27,719 nt of DNA from positions 64,450 to 92,168 of the forward strand of contig JBJCIZ010000033.1 in assembly GCA_051294375.1 (NCBI GenBank). Reading direction: 5' to 3'. Origin of the DNA: Paraspadella gotoi (taxonomy: Eukaryota > Animalia > Chaetognatha). Below, piece by piece: positions 13,101 through 23,400 of the stretch. Made by a program: the position numbers and the translations under genes. Every line of letters begins with the position of its first letter. The stretch's first letter is position 1. The notes under the pieces are model-generated. The model was not told the DNA's origin. It did not search any database and worked only from the letters and a program-made list of their open reading frames with translations.

Positions 13101-13246
13101 TCTGCCGTGCTCGCGCCGAGTGTGACAACGCTTACCTTGAGATCCCCGCCTTTTGCAAAGTCTCCGGTCCAGACGGAGGGTCGGGCAGAGGAGAAACGTC
13201 GGGCATCTGCACGTCATCTGGAGACGTGCTCAAGGAATGCTTGCAG
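13101..13246 (+). CDS. Internal Cys-rich exon of an unidentified host gene: (x)CRARAECDNAYLEIPAFCKVSGPDGGSGRGETSGICTSSGDVLKECLQ
   Basis: Strong acceptor (TTCCTCTTTTCCCCTCTGCCCTACAG|), strong donor (CAG|GTGAGG), 146-nt GC-rich open frame of phase 1-0, 5 Cys. Confidence 0.65.
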
Positions 13247-13443
13247 GTGAGGAAGGAAGGCGTGGAGGGGACGTGACGAATGTAAGAGAATAAAAGAGAA
13301 TGAGTGGAGGAAAGAAAGAGAGAAAGATGGAAGTATTTAAAAGAAAAGAGGGAAAAGGAAAGAAAGAATTAAGGAAAGAAAAAAGAAAAAAAGGAAAAAA
13401 AAGAAAGAAAAAAGACAGAAAAATGTAAAGAAAGAAAAATGTA

Positions 13444-13531
<88 letters not shown>

Positions 13532-13675
13532 AAAAGAAAAGGAAAACGGTGATTTTCTCCCAACCCTGGCCCATCGACCCAGTCAAACCCTCAGTTTTAT
13601 TATCAAAGAACAAAAAATCGGCGTCGGATTTTCGCAATTTCTTCAGTCATCTCTCGCTCCTGCTCTCTCTCTGCT

Positions 13676-13707
<32 letters not shown>

Positions 13708-15439
13708 CTCTCGCTCTCTCTCTCTCTCTCTCTGTAGTTTCTTTTTCGCCTCTCTTACGTTGTACCCACTCTGTCTTATTCACTTCACAACATTTAAAAT
13801 TTTTCATACATAATGACATTCTTCCCTAATTTTAAAGTTTATCCTCGTCATCTTCGTCGTCGTCGTCGTCGTCGTCGTCGCGTCTTCAGCCTTGTTTTAG
13901 TCGTCGTCGTCGTGTCGCCTTCGTCGTCGTCTTCGTCGTCGTCTATCTCTTTGCTTCTTCTTTTCATTAAGTGAGTTTTTTTCGCCGGCCGAATTTCGCC
14001 CCCGTCTTTTGTCTTTCGTCTTTCTTTCGTCTCCGTTGTTATTAGTTTGGTGGCGCCTGTAGTCGAACCGTCTAAAGGGTTAAACTCGTCTCCAGCCAAT
14101 TTGCCTTCCGCGATCATCATAATTTGCTTTTGAAGGCACAAAGGAGGGAATTATATCTCATACGTAAATTTATAAACTGCCTCCCGATATTATTAAATAT
14201 AAATTTTATAACGTGAAAATTCTGTCGTAAAAACTTTTTTTTAGGCAGTTGGTTCGGCGGTAGAATTACGCAATGACATTCGCCTTACTTTAAATGCATA
14301 GCAATAAAAAGGAACGTTTTGAGTAACGAAAAAGCTCTCTCTATCGCAATTGCTAGAAACGTTCGGTTTGAGAAAAATAATTGCAGTTGTATCAACAATC
14401 AAGAGAGATATTCTTGTCGAATAAATCCCTAATTATACGAAGAAATAATTACTACACGAACAACCGTAGTATGCCGCGAATGCAAGTAAATAGTATATAT
14501 TTAAATAATATTTTAATAATGTAATAAATAGCGATGTTGAGTATTATGGTGTCGTGAGCGTCATTCATAGTATAAACAAAAGATTTCACGATTATCGCTT
14601 TTGAATAAATCATCAGTTTTTCGTCCTCATCGACGTCGAAGAGAAAATTTAAACGACGCAAATATTTTGAAAATCGATAAAATTTTCGTCGCCATCTTGA
14701 ATTTGCCGAAGTCGTTGAATTCAGTCGCCGCGTTGAGGCGAACTCGAAAATTCGATGCCGTTGCGATATCTATTCCATCTTGAATATAATTCCATCGCGA
14801 ATTCGACTGCCATTGCGAATTCGATGCCATCGCAATTTCCGTGCACAGCGAATTAAATGCATTGCAATTCTATGCATCTCGACCCACTCCCCCCCCCCAG
14901 CTCATCTTTCCATCCCCAGCCTCATTCTCCCATCGTTTATTTCGTCACGTGACCCATACCGCAGCTGTCTCGCCGCAGCTGCGTCCCGAGCGCGCTGTCT
15001 CCGCTGCCATCCGCAGCCATAATTTCTCCGCGGTTGACGATTCGGTCATAACCGCCACGCCACGCCCCCCAAAACCGCCGCCCCCGATCACGCCTCTAAC
15101 GCAACGCCTTTTTTGTCGCCCCTTCACCTTCGTTTCGTTTCCAACTGTCTTTGTCCTTATTCAAGATTTTATGTTCTGTTTACGTAGGTTCATGTCTTTC
15201 GTTTCGTCTCTCTCGTCTCTCTCTCTCGTCTCTCTCTCTTCTCTCCACTATATTTTAATCCTCTATTTCTATCTTATAATCCGCTTACTCTATTTTGCTA
15301 TTCTTCTTTCTTCCTTTTTAATAATTTTTTCCCCTTTTAATTCTAATTCTTCATCCCCTAATCCTCTTTCTTTCCATTCTAATCCACTTTTTCATCATCA
15401 TCATCAACATTTGTTTCTCTTTCTCCTTCTTCTACTCAT

Positions 15440-15775
15440 CTTTCTCCATTCTCTAATCCACTTCTCTATTCTTTAATCCTCTTTCTCCATTCTCTAATCT
15501 TCTTTCCCCATCTTCTAATCCTCTCTTCCCATTCTCTAATCCTCTTTCTTTATTCTCTAATCCTCTCTCCCCATTCTCTAATTCTCTCTCCCCATCCTTT
15601 AATCCTCTTTCTCCATTCTCTAATCCTCTTTCTCCATTCTCTAAACCTCTTTCTCCATTCTCTAATCCTCTCTCCCCATTCTCTAATCCTTTCTCCCCAT
15701 CCTTTAATCCTCTCTTCCCATCCTATAATCCTCTTTCTCCATTCTCTAATCCTCTTCTCCACCTTCTCCCAGCCC
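15440..15775. repeat. 21-bp minisatellite (CCATTCTCTAATCCTCTTTCT), ~15 copies
   Basis: Read directly. Explains the RIREW repeat ORF on the - strand. Confidence 0.93.
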
Positions 15776-15925
15776 TTCTCACCCCCTCTCCTCTCTCCTT
15801 CTTTTATCATGACGATTGCCACGCCCACTTCCGCCCACTCCGGGGACGCCTTTCTTCGCCCTCATCTCACCTCAAACTCACCATCTCCCTCATTTTTTAA
15901 GATATATTTTTTTCTTTTTCTTCTT

Positions 15926-15958
<33 letters not shown>

Positions 15959-16220
15959 TTTTCCTTTTTTTCTGCTTTATCCTGATCCCAGAGTGGAGCT
16001 CATAGCGCGCACAGAAGGTTGGTGAGTCATATACTCAGCTCTCGCGCGAACGCAGCCGTAGACCGGAGCGGCGGCGTGCGGCTTCCCGATCGACTCACTT
16101 CTCCTTCCGGGCTTCTTCCGCTCGGATCGGGGAGATTTTCTCTCTCTCGATGGTGAGTCGGGCTTCTTCCGGTCGAAGTCCGAGCGGATCGGGCCCGGAT
16201 TTCTCTCTCTCTCTTCTCTT

Positions 16221-16253
<33 letters not shown>

Positions 16254-16705
16254 TTATTTCTCTTTATCGTCTCGGTCGGTCGTCAGTGTAGCGTCAGCGA
16301 ATATCACTATCTTACTCTTTTTCTTTACTGCTCACTCTCTCTTTTTCTTCCCCTTTTTTTAATGATTGTGATCTAAAAAAAATATATTAAAAAATTAAAA
16401 ATTGTAGAAGCTCATCTGCTAACAATAAACAACGACAAACGACGACGACGATGACAACGACCAAATCGTTTCAATACGAATCCACCACTTGACGTTAAGT
16501 GGGTCAACCTATTTGAGCCACTTAACCAATACAATTGTTTTCTCGCCTTTAGTTAGTTTTGACCGTGAATTGTGTTTACCATTGTTGTGGACTTTTACTC
16601 TCTGTTTTGGCTCATGATTTTCGAATCATTACACCTTGATAAAAAAATACGGAAAACTTTTCTTAATTTTCAAATGAATAATCTCGCCAAGTTAGTCGCC
16701 TCACA

Positions 16706-18563
16706 ATGTCCAAATCTCCGAGGGAAAAATTTATTCAAGAATTTAATCGTCTGGCTTATACTCCGAAAATCTGTACATAGGTGTAATTGTGATAGACAGA
16801 CCACGAAAAAGTCACTTTAATCGAAGGCGATCCTAATTTAAAAACTGGATAGTTTTTGAAAATTCTGCTCCTATTTTAAAATCATGGTGCCAACGACAAA
16901 AAATATCAAATTCATCCAAAGAAACTCCTGCTGGGGTCAAATATTCGTTGCCAAAAATCCCCGCTGGTGGAATAAAAGAAATTTCCTGGGCAACATTGGA
17001 AATTCTTTGGACAAGGGTCATGCGAACAGTTCTTCCTGAACGTAAAGGGATGATGGGCTATGACAGTCTTCGGTGAGTATTAAATTCAATAACTGTCTTT
17101 ATCGTAGTATGAATGGTATAGTTTATATCCTCTTTCCTTACTCTTTAAAATTCCTAAAAACGATTTTTATCTACAATGACCTTGATTTAATCATGTAAAA
17201 TAAAAAGTGCAATGCCTTTAATTTTTTTTTTATTTAAACAATAAGAAATTACTCTTTTATACCAGTAAATCGGCCAACAAACCAGAATTTCTTCCAGCCG
17301 ACTGCATCTGGGCAGGCCCTACAAAAAGAAAGGAAAGCCATGAAGCTTCAAAAATGACACCAAGTGAATTTTTTGAAAATGAAAAAAAAGTATTAGAAGC
17401 GGCCTATAAATATGCTGGATATGATCCAAAAACCTATGTATCTCAAGAATCAACTTCAAAATCATTTTTGCCGGAACCCTTTCGAATTCCACTCCCTATT
17501 TTAGATCATCCAGCTACACCAGGAATTTCAAAGGCACCTGCTCCAATACCTAAACATAATATGTTAAATTTGGTTTTTCCAAGTCCGCTTAGAGGTGAAT
17601 TCTAGTAAAGTAAATTCTCTCCATCTGTAATTTTGTCTGAATGTCTGTTCCACGGTCTCCTGCTTGTTCTCAGTTTTGTATTTTGTTTTTGTTATTGTGG
17701 TTTTTGATGTTCTTGTATATACTTGCTCGTCCCTCTCCCATAGGGTCTTAAATTTTGTACTGTAACTTTTTTAATTTTCTACTTTTCTACTTTGAAAGGA
17801 ATTTATCTTTTCGAAAAAAAATTGTTATTATTTAATAATTAATATTTAATTTTTAAAACCTTTTTCAATAATAATTTACCTCAAAGTTAAAAACCCATTA
17901 TTCATACATTCTAATCAGCATCATCTCCTATTGAAGTTCAAACTGATCGACCCACTTCGCCCTTTTTTCGTGGGACAAATCTCCACCAAACAACGTCGAC
18001 AAGTCAAGTTTCACCATTTTTTGGAGGAAACAGATTTACTTTTCCAAAACCACCATCGAATCCGGTTTCGTTACTTCCATCAACATCTGGTTCGATTCGA
18101 CAACCTTCCCCAAATAATTTGACCAACGAAAAATCTTATCGCTCTTCATTAGGCGCTAGAGAACTAATTAGTCATTAACTCACTAGATAAGGCAAAACAA
18201 ACTGGGCCTCGCTGTGTAAATCACTTACAATCAATTGGGATGTTATGTACAAAATGTAATTTCTTTTTTTGCAAAGCTTTATGCATGAAAATTGTTCCTG
18301 TCATTGGCTTGTTGTGTGATCTTTGCGCAAAAAAAGCTATTCTTGAAGCGCAGGAAGAAAGTCGAGAATACGTTGCTCCAGGAAACGAAAAAAATCAAGA
18401 GGATGATAATGATAGTGATTATGAACCGAGTGAAAACCATGTAGCCAAAAAGTCAAAATTTAAAGTAATCTCGGATGTTTTCACCTGCGATCTTTGTCAA
18501 AAAACTTTTAATCGAAAAGGCAATCTGAAGCGTCATAAAAAATCCATGCATAACTTGGATTGA
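16706..18563 (+). CDS. Spliced gene encoding an NRF1/EWG-like DNA-binding domain, a Cys/His cluster (B-box/AN1-like) and a C-terminal C2H2 zinc finger
   Basis: Intron 17073-17265 (GTGAGT..ACCAG) joins YSLPKIPAGGIKEISWATLEILWTRVMRTVLPERKGMMGYDSL-R-KSANKPEFLPADCIWAGP...LEAAYKYAGYDP in frame. A phase-1 donor lies at 17595. The last exon has CVNH-x7-CTKC-x4-CKALC-x10-CDLC and FTCDLCQKTFNRKGNLKRHKKSMH. The 5' end (16706-16852) and the ~18170 junction need either frameshifts or alternative introns. Confidence 0.7.
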
Positions 18564-18590
18564 AATACCATAAGTTCTTTTAATATCGCC

Positions 18591-20029
18591 TTTATTACCC
18601 AGCTAAAATTCTCTATAATTCACTTTGTCGGTCCGTCGTTCCGCCCCCTCAATATTGTCGGGCACACACTTATATCATGTCAGAACATCGAATTATGATA
18701 AATTATGCAAAAAAAATGATGTCCGTCCGTCCGTCCGTCCCACCTTAGCAAAAAAATACAATTACTCGTGATTGGATGGATGGATTGGTATGAAATTTTG
18801 TGTGTGGGTAGGAAACTGTGTGCTTGAGATGGATATGAAGTTTCGATGGAATCGTGCGAGTGGAAATTGGTTTAAATGGAAAAAATAAAAAAATCTATTT
18901 CACTATTTGAACGCCAATTGCTCATGAGTGGATAGGGCAATTGACTTAAAATTTTGTATGATGGTAGGAAAGTGTGTGATTGAGCTGGATATAAAGTTTC
19001 GATGGAATCGTGCGAGTGGAAATGAGTTAAAATGGAAAAAACAAAAGTCATATTTACTTGAAGTATTTTTACTTAAATTTACTCATAAATATTATGTTTA
19101 TTAAAAATTGGATAGATAAACCGAAGTTGAATTTTGTATGTGGGTAGGAAATTATGTGATGTAGGATTTGAACCTGCGAAATTCTTTCCACGAATTATTG
19201 GTGACGTCTATCGGCCAAGACCGATATATATATTCACTTAGAAATCACTTCGATATGTTTTAATTCAATTTCTAATTAATTTTAAAATAATAAAAAATGA
19301 GTGACGACTCGGTCTCGAACTCGGGACCCTTTATCCACTGGGTATTCATTAACCATCGTCGCCACCACTGAAGTTTATAAACTAAATCGTTTTTCTCTAT
19401 TTAATTCTTTTATCTTTGGTTTTCATAAACAAATGAACAATCTGATTAAATTCGATTTATCAGCTGATTCCTCTAGTAGATATCCATTCCATCTAGCTTC
19501 TAAATCTTATTTACAAACTATAGAACTCGCCGGAACTACTTGGCAATATTTTACCTATGAGTAGTCTCAACAATCGTTTCACTATTTTCATTATTATTGA
19601 TTGTTATGATTAATCCAATGATTAATTACATTATTGTTATTTCATATAGATATTCTAATTGCTTGATGGCAGAAGCAGATGGAATATCTATATGCTTTGA
19701 TTATTTTATTAAGGTTCTCTTTTATGCTAATAACTAAATAAGTTGGTTACTAAAACTTTTATGATCAACTCTGGAGACTACTCCCTTTTTAAACTCGGTC
19801 GAAGCTTCGCCTCCCGATTCCTTTACGCCACGCGCGCCAAATTTGGCGTAGCTTCCGGTCAACGTCCGGTTGACCAAATTATCTTAATTGATCAAATTAT
19901 GTCAGTTGACCAAAATATGGCAGTTTACCAAATTATGCAAGTTGATTAAATTATGCAAGTTGACCAAGTTAGCTTATTACCACTTAATTATCGTAGGCAG
20001 ATCCGACATTGTTTGCTCAAACTTGTTTT
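18591..20029 (+). mobile_element. HINE/DINE-1-like element, copy 2 (expanded), nested between the two transposon genes
   Basis: Homologous to 737-1335 from CTCTATAATTCACTTTGTCGGTCCGTC (18611), with (GTCC)n at 18720-18740. Internal ~170-bp block repeated (18765-18885, 18930-19045, partial 19110-19160). 18-bp TGCAAGTTGA repeats at 19870-19965. Same 3' end GCAGATCCGACATTGTTTGCTCAAACTTGTTTT (19997-20029). The 5' subTIR is missing or diverged. Confidence 0.8.
19301..19366 (-). other. Degenerate tRNA-like / Pol III A-box and B-box segment (similar segments at ~19158-19225 and ~20101-20176)
   Basis: Minus strand reads GGTGGCGACGATGGTTAA...CCGAGTTCGAGACC...GTCGTCAC followed by T6. Not a canonical cloverleaf. 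Confidence 0.4.
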
Positions 20030-20432
20030 ATTAAGCGTAACCTTTTTTCAATATATGCACATTTGGTTGACTGCTTTTAAAAAATTCATTAAAAAAAATT
20101 GGTGGAACTTGAACCTATAACTTCTAGAATGGTAAGAGTGGTAAGAGTGCTCGTTATCATTTCGCTAAAAAGCCACAGATTTTATTCAGAGGCAAACAAT
20201 TGATAAAAACCTTTTGGTCGTTTCAAACCTTGTGATTTAACATTATTCTATCCTTTTATCTATCAAATTTACATGTACTAATATTGATTAATATCCGATG
20301 TTTTTAATTTTGCCTTTTTTTAAGTTTAATTGCTTTACTCCACTAGGTTAAAATTATGTAATAATAATCGTTTCACATAAACATTGCTTCAATCTCCGTG
20401 GCATACCGAATTCTAAACAGCTCTCTATTCCA

Positions 20433-23400
20433 ATGGCGTCTTCTTCAAAATCAATTTACCACAGTTTATATATTCAAAAACTAAAGGATAACAATCATTA
20501 CTGGCTGCTTGATAAAAACGTTTTAGTGATACGAGACTTAGACAAAAATGGTCGTATTGGACGAAAAGCCATCGTCATCACACCTCATTCTTTCACGGTT
20601 GAGACCCAACATGAAATTCAAGAAATAATCTTAACTTGCTCATGTGATCTTAGTAAAAATTCAGCAAAAATTATTGCCGAAGCTCCATCTGTATTTCCTA
20701 CCCGCGAAGCTCTTAAAGAATTCAGCCAAAGTAGAAAAAAAGAATACTGCATTCACGTTAACGTTGCTACTGACCAAAATTTTAAAATTCATCAGCAAAA
20801 GTCGTATTCAGAAATATTGCGGAAAAATGATATCGAATACAACGTGGATGGTCCTGTTGCTTTTCTTTCTGAAAAACCTAGACTTATTGCAGTTAATGAT
20901 GGGTTGACTTGGTCAATTTTAGCTCCATATGGCGTGAAAAGTGGTTTATGTTGTTGTGCATCAAGTTGCAAAGACTTATCTAACAAATGTTCTCATGTCC
21001 AAAAATATCTAAATTTTTGTAGTGATATGGACGAGGATCCAGAGGTTTTTCAAAAATGTGATGACGAACCTGAAATCTCTATTAAGTCCTGGAAAAAAAT
21101 TCCTTTTTTCCCTCTCTCAGAAAATTTAAAAGAAAAAATGCATAACTTAGCTTCAGGGTTCGAACATTGGCCTTCCGAACTTCGACCCGACGCCGAATCC
21201 TTTGGAGGCAATTGCAGTTGTACAAATTCCCATCCGTGGGTAGATCAGATTAAAATTGGAACAGCAAAAATCTTTACTCCTTTGACCATAATCAGTCAAA
21301 CATTTGTCGACAACGAGATTCGTGACATTAGTGTTTTTGTTGGAGTAACAAACAGGTATTAAAAGATTATTTAATCTTGAAAAAATTTATAACTATTATA
21401 CTAAACTTTGAAATAAAGCGCTGCAGTTTTATTTAAACAAATCATGACAAAATTATGATATAGACGTGCATAAAATATTTTTACTAAAATAATTACTAAT
21501 CTTTTAATTACACTGTAATATTTATGTGGGATAATTCTTTTATTTTGTTGTGTAGTGAAATTAAGTGAAAAAGTTTGAGTTATGTTTCAACAACTAATTT
21601 ATTTTCAATAGAAAACGGACATGTTTCGACTTTAGTTTTCAAGCCTTCATCAGCGTTTAACAATTTCTGAAACAACTTTGCCCCATTGTTAAAAAAACTC
21701 AGACTATCTGTCCTTACCTGTCGTCACCACTGACCACTATTCTTTCTCGACTCTGTGTTGAAAAAATTTTACTTTCTCTCCCCCTCTTGTTTTTCACAAT
21801 TTCGCTCAATATTTTCACAAATTGTTGAACAGCAGAAACATGAATTTTCTATTAAAAATAAAAATTCGTCGTTTAAACAAAAATCTAACTCGCTCTCTCT
21901 CTCTCTCTCTCTCTCTAAGTTTCACTTCTTTTCACAACTTATTCAATCTGTCCTCACCTTGACCTGTCCTCTCATCTGACCACGAAAAAGAAAGGATTAC
22001 TTCAATATTCTCCCACCGTATTTATATTAGTTCATCATTTTTAATTATGAATATTTTTAATACCTGTATTGTGAAAGATGCAATTGTAAGCTAAATCCGG
22101 ATGGCCAAGAATTCGCATTGTTGAACATAAATAACCATTACTTCATAAGTTATTCCACTTTAACTCTCTTTCTAGCAATAATGGGTCATGGTACGCCCTC
22201 TTTCAATTTGTTTAACAATATTTTGCACACAATGTATGATTGGATTTTAAAAAAAAATCCAATAAAAATAAATTACATGTACAGACTAGTTCGAAACGCA
22301 TTTTCAAAATTTCTCGATCTTCTTGAAATAAATACAGGAAATCATCTGGGGTGCCCACACGAAAAAGAAATCGATACTTGTCCGTCTTACATCGCCGATG
22401 GTCAGTATAAGTTGATAGTAGGCAAAATGATTTTTTTTTAACTTAAAAGTTAATAAAAAGTTTAGACGAATTATCATGCATATCCGGTTTTAAAAAATAT
22501 CCAGACACGTTTCGAACTCTGAACTATTGAGAGCATCTTGTAGTAATTGGTACCTTTTCGCCACGATTTAATTTTTGAAATTATTAATTTTTTGAGAAAA
22601 TATTCCCGATGTGGGCTAAATTAATTTTCTTGGTTTTTTTCTTTCTTTCGCTTTATTTTCTTCCTTGGTTTTCTTTTTTTACATATTTTCTCTCTCTAGT
22701 TGTTGCTTCCATACTCTTTTTCTCGTTCAATGGTCAAAATTATTCTGACCTCTGCTGACCTTAACTTATGAATGCTTTTTGATGTTTGTTCTCGTAATTT
22801 TTGACATTCCTAAATCTCAGTTTGAAATATGTTGTAATATATCTTCTAGAATAGCGAATACAAGATGATAATCAATATAATTTTTTTTTTTCAAAAAAAA
22901 AAAATCATTTTGCTTTCTCCAGGTACTCAAATGGGGCCTAATGGTTTAGCAATTTCTAACAAATATTATCTAGATCCAAGTAACATTCCTCATTGTGATC
23001 AAGAAATTTTGGTTGGCAGCCGTGTTGAACGAAGAATGATCAACGAAAAATCTTTAAGAGAACAACTTGACAGTTTTTCTGGGATACGTTTAACAGGAGG
23101 GCAAGATATTAATGACCATACAAAGTTTCTCACTCATGAAGAATATAAAAGTATGATTGCTAAAATGAAGACCGCAAGTAAGGATTCACTCCTCCACTGC
23201 ATAGCTGATTTTACTCTAAAAACGCATGATTTTGAGGAATCTGATAAAATTAATTGTCGAAACGATTTCAAATGTCTTTATAGCGAATTATCAATTTCAA
23301 ATCAATCTGCATTAGGTTTCCTTCAAATTCCCTCCACACAAGAGAGAAATTTTTTGGTGGGGATCGCTTCTTGGGATTATGGTTCAATTCTCGAGAATCC

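Noticed and set aside
15960-16000. Target site duplication for the KDZ element
   Set aside because: No matching direct repeat between the T-rich left flank and the (GA)n right flank, so the ends remain approximate.
16681-16836. TAA/TAG-to-Gln genetic code suggested by a plausible frame read through stops
   Set aside because: The ~822-codon transposase has no internal TAA/TAG, uses CAA/CAG for Gln and ends at TAA.
17592-17882. 10-bp inverted match GAGGTRAATT at the accessory-gene intron donor
   Set aside because: Short, one mismatch and AT-rich; compatible with chance.
18171-18186. 16-nt GT-AG micro-intron that would restore the frame
   Set aside because: Other introns here are 74-722 nt, and similar 15-16-nt GT-AG stretches at 16781 and 16811 do not repair their frame.
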